Positions 28,861 to 38,638 of a stretch of DNA of 64,000 nt are shown here, piece by piece. The stretch's first letter is position 1, and the number at the start of each line of letters is the position of its first letter. This DNA is from Candidatus Dojkabacteria bacterium (lineage in GTDB: Bacteria; Patescibacteriota; Dojkabacteria; SC72): the NCBI GenBank assembly GCA_040767225.1, contig JAXGOY010000005.1, positions 749-64,748 of the forward strand, in the 5' to 3' direction. A program made the translations under genes and the position numbers. The notes below the pieces were generated by a model. It did no database searches and was not told where the DNA came from. It was given only the letters and a program-made list of their open reading frames with translations.

Positions 28861-30742
28861 TTCTTTTTACCTTTTTATATTTTACCTTTTTTAAGATAAA
28901 ATATACAGAAAGGGATAGGAGGAAATATATAAGAATGGGTATAAGCTTAGAAAGAATATCTAAATCAGAGTAACTTTTAATTACTTCCATTTCTTTCTTA
29001 GTTTGTACTCCCTCTATTTTATCTGTTCCTGCAAATGCATTCATTGATACAAATATTTCATCTGGGATGTGCTCTGCTGGAATGTTAAATTTAATATCAT
29101 ATGTTTGACTGGGGAGAATAATTATACTGCTGTTATTTTCTATATAATCAATATATTTTGATAAATCAGGTTTTGAATTGACAATCTCAAGTTTATCTAT
29201 TACTGTTGTTCCTGTATTTGTTAAACTAATGTATCCAAGAAGAAAAGGATCAGTCAGTCTATATGGTTTAAGTATTAGTTCTATATCAAAATTGCTTTTG
29301 TAATTAGTGTTTTCTTTTACAGGTTCTATGGTTAGCTCTCCTTCAACATAGAAAGGAAGTTTTGGAGTGTAAGGATTGGAACTTCTATAGATTAAAGCAA
29401 CATGGTCTTTCATTTCCTTTTTCCATAAAGGAGTTTTTGTATAATCTTCAAGAAATGGTTCTACAATAATCCAATCATTTTGTTCACTGTTATAGTATTC
29501 AGCCCAGAAATGGAATATACCATTTGAGTCATAATTTGAAATATTGCTTAAATATCCAATTACAAATCTAGCTGGGATATTATAATATCTATACAAGGAA
29601 ACAATTGCATCTGCATAATCTTCATCTGTTGCTATATCTTGATTTAAAAGTATCTGTTGTCCACCTAATCTTTCACCTCCCATAAGAGAACCTGCTGATG
29701 AGATATTGGGCTTAAGATTTTCAATTACATATTTATATATTGCTTCATACAAAAGCTCTTTTTCTTCGCTTGTTTCTAGTGAGTTTATATCAGAAAAAGT
29801 ATCTGGGATATTAAGACCGTATGATTGAATATATTTATTCACATGGTTGATAAGTGAGATATTATTTATCTCCCATAATTGTGTCTTTTCAAATTTAGGT
29901 TCTAATTGCTCTGGGTACTGTGAATGATTCATAAAGATATATCCTTGTATTTCAACATCAATACTACTAAGAGGTGCAATACTGTATTGAAGAAGGTAAT
30001 TTCCATCTAAATCTTTGTATGCTTTATCAGGTTGAGGGGTTATATTGTTTACTGTAATATGCTGGAAACTATTGTTTACTGGCAAGGGGATGTCTGCAAT
30101 TATCATTTTATCTCCTGCATTTAGTAAGTTCTTTTTAATAACATATGAATATATTATATTTTCCCCAAATGTTACTTTTACATACTCTGTAATAGGTATT
30201 TCTGTAGTAATTTTAATCTTGTTTTCTACACTTTTAATTTCAAGGATAGTAGCTGAGCACCATGAGATATTTCCTAGTGAAGAAGGATATGTTAGGCTGA
30301 ATTCTTTTGTTTGTGTATTTTTAATTTGTGATAATAGAGATATTGTATTTCCAGATAGTTTTTTGGAGTATGTTATTTTTATAACAGCAGGTTTATCTGG
30401 ATATACAGGGGTTTCTTCTAAATCAATTACAAGGTCGGTTGAATATTCTTTTTTATGAATTGTAAATTCAAGCTCTTTATTTCTACTAATAGAGAATATT
30501 TCTGGGGATATTTCCGTGTCAGGAATCGTTACTGTGTAATATGTAATTACAATTGGACTGTCAGTTGTCTGAAAGGTAAGAAGTACTGTTGTATTTACTG
30601 TTTCTCCATCCCAGTAGTGCTGAAATGAAGATAGCACATTAGGCTGCTGTGCTGAGATTTTTTGTGTACTGAAAAGAGAGAATAGAAATGCAAGACTAAA
30701 TAGTAACAGAATCTTCTTTAAATAACCAAATAAATTTTTCAT
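28853..30742 (-). CDS. Large secreted, C-terminally membrane-anchored protein with a transglutaminase-like domain lacking the catalytic Cys
   Basis: 629 aa. Signal peptide. TGase-core-like IATDEDYADAIVSLYRYYNIPARFVIGY...FHFWAEYYNSEQNDWIIVEP, where His and Asp are present but the Cys position reads T/D. C-terminal TM with a KKVKYKKVKR tail. Confidence 0.5.
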   Translation of the reverse strand: MKNLFGYLKKILLLFSLAFLFSLFSTQKISAQQPNVLSSFQHYWDGETVNTTVLLTFQTTDSPIVITYYTVTIPDTEISPEIFSISRNKELEFTIHKKEYSTDLVIDLEETPVYPDKPAVIKITYSKKLSGNTISLLSQIKNTQTKEFSLTYPSSLGNISWCSATILEIKSVENKIKITTEIPITEYVKVTFGENIIYSYVIKKNLLNAGDKMIIADIPLPVNNSFQHITVNNITPQPDKAYKDLDGNYLLQYSIAPLSSIDVEIQGYIFMNHSQYPEQLEPKFEKTQLWEINNISLINHVNKYIQSYGLNIPDTFSDINSLETSEEKELLYEAIYKYVIENLKPNISSAGSLMGGERLGGQQILLNQDIATDEDYADAIVSLYRYYNIPARFVIGYLSNISNYDSNGIFHFWAEYYNSEQNDWIIVEPFLEDYTKTPLWKKEMKDHVALIYRSSNPYTPKLPFYVEGELTIEPVKENTNYKSNFDIELILKPYRLTDPFLLGYISLTNTGTTVIDKLEIVNSKPDLSKYIDYIENNSSIIILPSQTYDIKFNIPAEHIPDEIFVSMNAFAGTDKIEGVQTKKEMEVIKSYSDLDILSKLIPILIYFLLSLSVYFILKKVKYKKVKRNG

Positions 30743-31430
30743 ATTTTCTCATTATTTGTTTTACAATTGGTGTACCGTTTCTTATCCCATACTTTGACAG
30801 TAGTTTGCTCATATCAAGCTTCTCAGGTTCTTCTACCATTTTGTATTCAGGATTTCTAACAATTTCCTGCTTTGCATTCTTTCTAATTATATAATAGGAC
30901 ATTCCTCTTTTATCATCAAGGACAATTCTTGGTTTAGCTTTTCTAGAGTGTATTTCAAGAACGATAAGATTAGAATTTTGTCTTGAGTTAATTATAGAAC
31001 ATGTGTATCCAGCAGGAACAATTATTTTATCTCCTTTCTTAACTGTTAACTTTATAACTCTGTTATTAGTTTGAGATTCATATTTCTGAAGTAGTATTGT
31101 TCCACTTCCATATGTTATTTCAAGTATTCTTGGGTATTTTTTACATCTTGTTGCAAATGTTTTTACATATTCTATTCCTGCAAGATTAGCATATATTAAA
31201 TACATGTTTATTTTTATTCCTTTCTTCCTAAACACATTATCTTTATCAATATCCTTGTACTTTTTATAGAATATTTCAGGACAATCTAAATCTTCATTAA
31301 GAAGTTGTGGACGAATATCGTTAATACAGATTGTTGATACTTCTGATACTGTTAATCCTTGGGGCAAAAGATCATTTCCGATGTATGTAATAGGCAACCC
31401 ACTGGATTGCTTAAGGTCAATTCTTGCCAT
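30696..31430 (-). CDS. Cupin-fold protein homologous to archaeal-type (cupin) phosphoglucose isomerase, with the metal-binding His residues replaced
   Basis: 244 aa. EITYGSGTILLQ, IVPAGYTCSIIN and IVRNPEYK align by eye to the cPGI motifs GKGGMLLQ, YVPPYWAHRTVN and VVDNPRWK. The T-K-G-H-x-H segment reads TRCKKY. Confidence 0.45.
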   Translation of the reverse strand: MARIDLKQSSGLPITYIGNDLLPQGLTVSEVSTICINDIRPQLLNEDLDCPEIFYKKYKDIDKDNVFRKKGIKINMYLIYANLAGIEYVKTFATRCKKYPRILEITYGSGTILLQKYESQTNNRVIKLTVKKGDKIIVPAGYTCSIINSRQNSNLIVLEIHSRKAKPRIVLDDKRGMSYYIIRKNAKQEIVRNPEYKMVEEPEKLDMSKLLSKYGIRNGTPIVKQIMRKYEKFIWLFKEDSVTI

Positions 31431-31455
31431 ATGAGTGGATTATACCATAAAGGGA

Positions 31456-31743
31456 TTAATCTGTCTTTCTAAGTGTTTTTGATAGTTCAGATAGAATAAA
31501 AGCAATAATAGCATAGAAAATTAGAGAAACAATTGGTGTAAGCTCTATCCTTAATTTATCAATATATACCTCATCTGCAACAATACCCCTGAATGGAGAA
31601 ATTAAAACATCAGACATACTATATATCCAGTTAACAAAAGAATTAGCTTGATTAGCTCCTATTAGGGACATAACAATGCGAAAGATTATTACTGTTTCTG
31701 CAAATGTTATTACTATGTAAAGTAGTTTAAAAATGAATCTCAT
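31456..31743 (-). CDS. YggT-family small integral membrane protein
   Basis: 95 aa, 2-3 TM. RIVMSLIG...DVLISPFRGIV resembles the YggT/Ycf19 pattern. Confidence 0.45.
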   Translation of the reverse strand: MRFIFKLLYIVITFAETVIIFRIVMSLIGANQANSFVNWIYSMSDVLISPFRGIVADEVYIDKLRIELTPIVSLIFYAIIAFILSELSKTLRKTD

Positions 31744-31752
31744 ATCTTTTTG

Positions 31753-32481
31753 TTAATTAAGATTATCTACATAATATTTTAGCTCTCTCATATATCTTGA
31801 GACACCACTAGACCACACATGAGCAGGGTTAAGCCAGCATGGAGGACAGTAGTACTGTTCAATTTGAAAAGGTGTTTTATCAGTTCCATATCCCTGCGCA
31901 AGACCTCTTGTTACTTCTGCAATACCTTCATCCCATGTTGCGAACTGACTCCATCCATCTGCATTTTTATTCTTTCCTCTCCAACCCCATGCATTGTGTG
32001 TTCCCTTTGGTATTATATTCCCAAATGCAGACTCAACTCCAGATATAGAGGCAACAAGTCTCCAATCAAGTCCATATTTATCTGCCTCTGTTATAAATGT
32101 CTTAGCATATGGATACATAGGGGAGTTGTAATCAAACAAAAACTTTTGCATTGCAATAACTCTTGGATCTTCAATTTTAATGTCTCCATTATCAGTATAT
32201 TTTTTTGTTACATCAGAATTGGCTAATGTACTAATTGCATATTCACTAGCATATACCTCTTGTCCATAAAGAGGGGTTAGATAGTTTAATGTTACCTCCT
32301 TGCTCCCCCTTATATATTCCAGCATTGACTTATTAATTGTCTTTTGAAGTACTGGAAAAATTAAAAGAAAGTAGACTGATGTAAATATTATAAATAGATA
32401 TATTCTAAATGTATTAGATATTAAAAATGGCTTTTTGGGCCTGACTTTTTTAACCATACTTGAAATATGTAGGGTATCCAT
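31753..32481 (-). CDS. Membrane-anchored putative peptidoglycan hydrolase (glucosaminidase/lysozyme-like)
   Basis: WRLVASISGVESAFGNI...NAWGWRG resembles the catalytic block of FlgJ/LytD-type glucosaminidases. The start is uncertain (Met codons at 32544, 32481 and 32457). The first ORF start would overlap the divergent dnaE start. Confidence 0.3.
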   Translation of the reverse strand: MDTLHISSMVKKVRPKKPFLISNTFRIYLFIIFTSVYFLLIFPVLQKTINKSMLEYIRGSKEVTLNYLTPLYGQEVYASEYAISTLANSDVTKKYTDNGDIKIEDPRVIAMQKFLFDYNSPMYPYAKTFITEADKYGLDWRLVASISGVESAFGNIIPKGTHNAWGWRGKNKNADGWSQFATWDEGIAEVTRGLAQGYGTDKTPFQIEQYYCPPCWLNPAHVWSSGVSRYMRELKYYVDNLN

Positions 32482-32520
32482 ATAATCTAGTATATCAGAA
32501 CTAGATGAGCTGTAAAATAT

Positions 32521-35500
32521 ATGTTTACCCATTTGCATTTGCATACAGAGTATTCTCTGCTTGATGCTACAATTCGGTTGTCTGATTTAATACAGAAACT
32601 TCAGGATAGTGGAATGAAGGCATGTGCTATTACAGACCATGGGAATATGTATGGAGCATATAAATTTGTTTCTGCAATGAGAGAAGCAGGATTAAAGCCT
32701 ATACTTGGATGTGAGATATATATTGCTCCTAGGGGTATGGATAAAAAGGATTTTGGAATTGATAATAAATATTTCCATTTAGTACTTCTTGCTAAAAATC
32801 TACAAGGATACAAAAATCTTGCTAAGATAGTTTCTATTGCTCATATGGAAGGCTTTTATTATAGACCTCGTATAGATATTGAGACACTATCTAAATATAC
32901 AGATGGGTTAATTGCTCTTTCTGCATGTTTGGTAGGACCTATTTCTGTTCCTTTACTGGAGGGTAAATATGAAAAGGCATTGGAAACTGCAAAGAGATAT
33001 TCTGAGATGTTTAAGGATAATTTCTTTATTGAGCTTCAAAGAAATGGAATGAAAGAGCAGGAGATTGTTAATGAAGGGCTTTTAAAGATTGCAAAAGAGT
33101 TAGATTTACCAATTGTTGCTACATGTGATTCTCATTACTTAAACAAAGAAGATGCTCAGATTCAAGAAATTATGTGGTGTATTGCAGATGGGAAGAGCTG
33201 GGATGATCCTGAAAGGAGAATGATGCCTACCAATGAGTTTTATGTTAAAACGCCAAAGGAAATGGAGGAACTCTTTAAAGATTTACCTGAGGCTATACAG
33301 AATACTCAAAAAATTACAGATATGATTGAAGAATATGATATTACATTTGATAGAATTGAACCTAAATATCTTGATTTACCAAAAGGAGAAACTTCTAAAT
33401 CATATCTAAGGAAATTAGCTCTTGAGGGAATGAAAAAGAAGTATGATGAGATAACAGATTCATTAAAAGAAAGGGTTGAGTATGAATTAAAGATAATAGA
33501 TGACAAGATGTACAATGATTATTTCCTAGTTGTTAGAGATTTTGTAATGTTTTGTAGGCAGAATGGAATTGTTGTTGGTATGAGAGGATCAGGATGTGGT
33601 TCTGTTGTTGCATACTGTACAGATATTACAGATATTGAGCCAATATCATGGGAGTTGTATTTTGAAAGATTCTTAAATCCTGAAAGAGACTCTCCGCCTG
33701 ATTTTGATATTGACATTGCAGATCAAAGAAGAGATGAGCTGATACAATATACAATTCAAAAATATGGATTTGATAATGTTAAACAAATAGGGACATTTAG
33801 TAAGTTTCAAACAAGGCAAGCAATTAAAGATGTAGGAAGAGTCTTAGGGGTTGAACTAAGTGTAACTGACAAGCTGGCAAAAATGGTTGAAATTCTCTTC
33901 GGAAAATCAAGGGATATTGACTATATGATAGAGCATAATCCTGAATTTAGGGAGGTAATATACTCTTCAGAGAAGACAAAAAGATTAGTTGATATTGTTA
34001 AAAAAATAGCTGGTATGTGTAGAGGTGTATCTACTCATGCATGTGGGATTGTAGTTACACCTCAGCCAGTTACTGAGTACTGCCCTATTCAAAAGGATGC
34101 ACATGGAGAAGGAATAGGGATGACACAATTCGAAATGACAGATTTAGAGCATATTGGGTTAATGAAATTTGATTTTCTTGGTTTAAGAAACCTTAATGTA
34201 ATAGGGGAGGCAATAACAAAGATAAAAGTAAATAAAGGAATTGATATTAATCTTCATAAGATTGATTATAACGATAAAGAGGTGTTTGACCTTATCCAGA
34301 GTGGACATACTGTTGGAATTTTTCAGCTGGAAAGCGAAGGTATGAAAAGGTCCATTAAAGCTCTTAAACCACATAGCTTAGAAGATATCTGTTATCTTCT
34401 TGCTGCATATAGACCTGGACCAATGCAATATATCTCTGAATATGTTGCAGTTAAACATGGTAAACAGAAACCAGATTATATCTTTCCAGAGCTTGAACCT
34501 GTCCTTTCTGTTACTTATGGAGTAATTACATATCAAGAACAGGTTATGAAAATTGCTCAAGTTATTGCAGGTTACTCACTTGGTGCTGCTGATCTGCTTA
34601 GAAGAGCAATGGGTAAAAAGAAGATGGATATAATGGAAAAGGAGAAGCCCAAATTTATTGAAGGTGCTAAGAAGAATGGTTTTGATGAAAAGAAGGTAGA
34701 AAAACTTTGGGATAAATTAGTACAGTTTGCAAATTATGGATTTAACAAAGCACACAGTGCATCATATGCTACAGTTGCATATTGGACTGCATATCTTAAA
34801 ACCCACTTCCCACTTGAATATATGGCAGCACTTTTAGAAGGTGATTTAGATAATTTTAACAGAGTAATTATTGATCTTAATGAATGTGAGAGATTAGGTA
34901 TTGATGTACTTCCACCTACAATAAATAAAAGCAAATTTTACTTTACAATTGAAGGAGATAGTAGTATCAGATATGGTCTTGGTGGTATTAAAAATATAGG
35001 GAATGATATTGTAAAAAGTATTGTAGAAGAAAGAAAGAAAAATGGCCAGTTTAAGAGCCTAGATGATTTTGTAAGAAGGATGTATAAAAGAGGAATCCAG
35101 AAAAGAGCAATAGAGTATCTAATTATGTCGGGAACAATGGATGAGTTTGGAGAAAGAAATGCTCTTTTAGCTGTTCTGCCTAGTATTTATGAAAAAGAGA
35201 AGAAGAACAATAGTGGAGTGAATACAGGTCAAATTGACATATTTTCTCTTGCAGGAAACAATTTAGAAGTTAGTACTCAAGCAAAAGAGACTCCACTTCC
35301 TGATGTAGAGAAAGCTCCAAGATATCAAATACTTCAATGGGAGAAAGAGCTTCTTGGAATATATTTCTCTAGTCATCCTCTTGATAATCTTCAAACCTTT
35401 TTTGAATCAAAAAAAGTAAAGCAGATTTCTGATGCTATTGAAAATGGTAAAGATAATGAACTGTTTCTTCTTGGTGTTATGGTAAACAAGATAAGAAAGA

Positions 35501-35919
35501 TAACAACAAGAAAAGGAGAGGTTATGGCATTTTTAACTGTTGAAGATAAATCTGGTATGACAGAGATAGTTATGTTTCCTAAATTGTATAAACAGTTAAG
35601 AGAAAAGCTAGAAGGGAACAAACCAATGCTTGTTGAGGTAAGAGTATCTATTAAAGACGGAAAAAGCAGTCTGATAATGGAAAAGGGTGAGTATATTGAT
35701 GAATCTAAATATGGTGATAATTTTGATGGTGTTACATTTAGAATAAGACAGGAGCATACAGAAGATGAAATAAAGGCATTAAAAGAGTATATTTCTTCTT
35801 CTAATGGTGATATACCAGTTAGAATAATTGTAAATGGAGGGAATAGAAGTAAGAGTGTACTGCTGCAAAAAAAGATAGAAATGAATAGTGAAACTAAAAA
35901 ATGGCTTAGAAGGTTCTGA
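32521..35919 (+). CDS. dnaE: DNA polymerase III alpha subunit (PHP domain, polymerase core, OB fold)
   Basis: 1132 aa. N-terminal PHP FTHLHLHTEYSLLDA...ITDHGNMYGA and a DnaE palm/fingers block FDFLGLRNL. Confidence 0.95.
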   Translation: MFTHLHLHTEYSLLDATIRLSDLIQKLQDSGMKACAITDHGNMYGAYKFVSAMREAGLKPILGCEIYIAPRGMDKKDFGIDNKYFHLVLLAKNLQGYKNLAKIVSIAHMEGFYYRPRIDIETLSKYTDGLIALSACLVGPISVPLLEGKYEKALETAKRYSEMFKDNFFIELQRNGMKEQEIVNEGLLKIAKELDLPIVATCDSHYLNKEDAQIQEIMWCIADGKSWDDPERRMMPTNEFYVKTPKEMEELFKDLPEAIQNTQKITDMIEEYDITFDRIEPKYLDLPKGETSKSYLRKLALEGMKKKYDEITDSLKERVEYELKIIDDKMYNDYFLVVRDFVMFCRQNGIVVGMRGSGCGSVVAYCTDITDIEPISWELYFERFLNPERDSPPDFDIDIADQRRDELIQYTIQKYGFDNVKQIGTFSKFQTRQAIKDVGRVLGVELSVTDKLAKMVEILFGKSRDIDYMIEHNPEFREVIYSSEKTKRLVDIVKKIAGMCRGVSTHACGIVVTPQPVTEYCPIQKDAHGEGIGMTQFEMTDLEHIGLMKFDFLGLRNLNVIGEAITKIKVNKGIDINLHKIDYNDKEVFDLIQSGHTVGIFQLESEGMKRSIKALKPHSLEDICYLLAAYRPGPMQYISEYVAVKHGKQKPDYIFPELEPVLSVTYGVITYQEQVMKIAQVIAGYSLGAADLLRRAMGKKKMDIMEKEKPKFIEGAKKNGFDEKKVEKLWDKLVQFANYGFNKAHSASYATVAYWTAYLKTHFPLEYMAALLEGDLDNFNRVIIDLNECERLGIDVLPPTINKSKFYFTIEGDSSIRYGLGGIKNIGNDIVKSIVEERKKNGQFKSLDDFVRRMYKRGIQKRAIEYLIMSGTMDEFGERNALLAVLPSIYEKEKKNNSGVNTGQIDIFSLAGNNLEVSTQAKETPLPDVEKAPRYQILQWEKELLGIYFSSHPLDNLQTFFESKKVKQISDAIENGKDNELFLLGVMVNKIRKITTRKGEVMAFLTVEDKSGMTEIVMFPKLYKQLREKLEGNKPMLVEVRVSIKDGKSSLIMEKGEYIDESKYGDNFDGVTFRIRQEHTEDEIKALKEYISSSNGDIPVRIIVNGGNRSKSVLLQKKIEMNSETKKWLRRF

Positions 35920-35932
35920 TGTATAATACAGT

Positions 35933-37396
35933 GTGAACAAGAGGATTTATCAAAAAATTAATACACTCCCCAGTACAAGTGGAATATATAAATTCCTTGA
36001 TAAAGATAACAATATCCTTTATATAGGCAAAGCAATTAATCTAAAAAGAAGAGTATCATCTTACTTTAAAGATACCCTTTATGACAGACCGTATATAGTA
36101 AAAATGCTTCCCTTTATATCTGATGTAGAGGTTATTGAAACAAATAATGAAATAGAGGCATTAGTATTAGAATCTGCACTTGTAAGAAAGTTTAAACCAA
36201 AGTTTAACAGTGAACTTAAAGATGACAAATCGTATGCATGGATATATATAAACACACAAGATAAATTCCCTACTGTAAAGATTGTAAGGACAATAAGAAA
36301 GGGAGAGTATGAAAAAGGAAGATTATTTGGTCCATATCCTAGTGGATACACAATTAAGAGAGTATATTCATACCTAAGGAAATTATATCCGTTTTGTACA
36401 TGTAAGAATCATGATTGTGCTCACTCTCTTTACTATCATATAGGTTTATGCCCTGGTCCATATATTGGTGCAATATCAGAGAAAGATTATAGAAAGAATA
36501 TTAACAACATCATTAAATTTCTTTCTGGGAAACAGCAGAATCATATTAAAAGACTTGAGAAAGAGATGAAAGAGTATTCTCAAAAGCAGGAGTATGAAAA
36601 AGCTTCCCAGTTAAGAGATAGGATAAAAGATTTAAAATATATTAGCCAAGATATTGATTTTACATATTATGATGATGCTCTCTCATATGAAAGTAGGAGA
36701 GACAAAGCAAGAAAGAGCAGTTTTAACTATCTTGGTATGGAGTTAAACATTCCTAATCTTCATAGAATTGAATGTTTTGACATATCAAACATACAAGGTA
36801 AAAATGCATATGGCTCTATGGTAGTAGCAGAAGATGGAAAATTAAACAGATCTGAATACAGGATATTTAAAATTAAGGGAGAGGATAAACCTAATGATTA
36901 TAAAATGCTTAGAGAGGTACTTAAAAGAAGATTTAAGGATAAAAACAAAAAAGTTGATCTTGTACTAATTGATGGGGGAAAGGGACAGTTAAATGCAGTA
37001 AAGGACATTATTCCTAAAAGAGTATCACTTATGGGTATTTCAAAAGGTAGGTACCTAAAAAGGAGAGGGAGGAGTTCTATTGATGAGTTTTGGATATTAA
37101 AAGATGGGAATGTATACAGAATAGATATAGCAAGTCCTGAAATATTAATAGACCTTAGAAATGAGGCACATAGATTTGCAATATCATATTTTAGAAAAAG
37201 AAGTATTAAAGAATCTAAGAAGTCTGAGTTAGATAACATTGAAGGTGTAGGAGAGAAAAGAAAAAAGGAGCTTTTAAAGAATTTTAAGAGTGTTGAAAAT
37301 ATTAAAAAAGCAAGTTATGAAGACATATATCCTGTTGTAAAGAATAAGCGAGTTGCTGAGGAAATTTTAAAATACTTTTCTAATCATCAGCATTAA
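35933..37396 (+). CDS. uvrC: Excinuclease ABC subunit C (short form)
   Basis: N-terminal GIY-YIG (SGIYKFLDKDNNILYIGKAINLKRRV), a UvrBC-interaction region and a C-terminal HhH (IEGVGEKRKKELLKNF). 487 aa. Confidence 0.85.
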   Translation: MNKRIYQKINTLPSTSGIYKFLDKDNNILYIGKAINLKRRVSSYFKDTLYDRPYIVKMLPFISDVEVIETNNEIEALVLESALVRKFKPKFNSELKDDKSYAWIYINTQDKFPTVKIVRTIRKGEYEKGRLFGPYPSGYTIKRVYSYLRKLYPFCTCKNHDCAHSLYYHIGLCPGPYIGAISEKDYRKNINNIIKFLSGKQQNHIKRLEKEMKEYSQKQEYEKASQLRDRIKDLKYISQDIDFTYYDDALSYESRRDKARKSSFNYLGMELNIPNLHRIECFDISNIQGKNAYGSMVVAEDGKLNRSEYRIFKIKGEDKPNDYKMLREVLKRRFKDKNKKVDLVLIDGGKGQLNAVKDIIPKRVSLMGISKGRYLKRRGRSSIDEFWILKDGNVYRIDIASPEILIDLRNEAHRFAISYFRKRSIKESKKSELDNIEGVGEKRKKELLKNFKSVENIKKASYEDIYPVVKNKRVAEEILKYFSNHQH

Positions 37397-38477
37397 AAGG
37401 TTTGATGTTTTCAATAATATATCCAAGCAGAGGAGAATCTGCTTGAGATGAAGATATTACATATACAATTGAATTATATGTATTTGCAACAGTATATGCA
37501 GTTGTATTTACAGAGTTTATCTGTAATGTTGATTTTAGCCCTATTGTATCCCTAAATGAAACAGGAACACTATTCAATATTCCACAGCTAATTTCTTGTT
37601 CTTTCTTAATCTGGCAGTAATCATAAAGATATGCATCTAAATCTTTTTCTTTCCATTTTCCCATAGGGTATATCTCAACTATTTCACTACTTCCAAGTTT
37701 TTGAAATGATACACCTCTTAATTCATCTAGGGTAGTTGGGAAATATTTAATAAGATATTCTTTTGGAATCTCTATTTTCCATGGATAATCAGGGAGTAAT
37801 GTTTGTTTCTCTGAACTTGCCATTAACATTTCTCTTTCAATTTCTTCTTTCACAAGCCTGCTTAAAGCCTCTCTTGCATCACTTTCGGTAAGAGTCTCGT
37901 ACCATATATCTTTGTATTTAACATATATTCTTAATCCAATACCATTCTTTACCCAATACATACCATATTTTTTATCTGGTGTCCCAATAGGGACATTTTG
38001 TACAAGTTCCCAGCCAAGATTTTTTAGCTTTTCAGTATAATATTCTTCAACATTTTTCTGTGTTGTCTCCTTTGGTAATCTATATACAGATTTTCCAGAC
38101 GAAATAAACTCTTTAACAACAGAATCGTTCAGGTTGTCTTTAAATAGAAAATATGAGTTTGGATATGTTGGGATATCTTTTAAACCAATTACATTTTCAA
38201 TAGCATATTCTTTTTCTCCATATGCATTTTGTCTAAGTTGAATAATATAGTTAACAGCAAGGTAAAGAACTCCTCCAACTGCTCCTACAATTAAGAGGAG
38301 AGCGATATATTTAAAAAGGTTGTTTTTTCTTTTTCTTACTGTATATTTGTTATTTTTCTTCTTGAATACATCTTTTATATGTATCTTACTCTTCTTTCTT
38401 CTTTTTATATCTGCTTTTACAGGTGGTTTAGGCATAAGTATTGGACTTCTTTCTTTTTTGTTTTTCTTTTTTCTCAT
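37380..38477 (-). CDS. Hypothetical membrane-anchored protein with a Lys-rich N-terminal tail
   Basis: 365 aa. Highly basic N-terminal 60 aa, one TM, no recognisable domain. Confidence 0.35.
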   Translation of the reverse strand: MRKKKNKKERSPILMPKPPVKADIKRRKKSKIHIKDVFKKKNNKYTVRKRKNNLFKYIALLLIVGAVGGVLYLAVNYIIQLRQNAYGEKEYAIENVIGLKDIPTYPNSYFLFKDNLNDSVVKEFISSGKSVYRLPKETTQKNVEEYYTEKLKNLGWELVQNVPIGTPDKKYGMYWVKNGIGLRIYVKYKDIWYETLTESDAREALSRLVKEEIEREMLMASSEKQTLLPDYPWKIEIPKEYLIKYFPTTLDELRGVSFQKLGSSEIVEIYPMGKWKEKDLDAYLYDYCQIKKEQEISCGILNSVPVSFRDTIGLKSTLQINSVNTTAYTVANTYNSIVYVISSSQADSPLLGYIIENIKPFNADD

Positions 38478-38548
38478 ATATACAAGATAATATGAAAGTA
38501 TTAATATTTCAATGATATATTTAGTGTAGTATAATCTAAAAGAATTTT

Positions 38549-38618
38549 GCGGGATCGTCTAAAGGTAGGACACCGGCCTTTGAAGCCGAGAATCATAGTT
38601 CGAATCTATGTCCCGCAA
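38549..38618 (+). tRNA. tRNA-Gln (anticodon TTG) with a U1:A72 first pair, CCA encoded
   Basis: tgcggga...caccgg-cTTTGaa-gccga...ttcgaatc...tcccgca-a-cca. Confidence 0.75.
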
Positions 38619-38638
38619 CCATTTTTAGTAACCATCTT

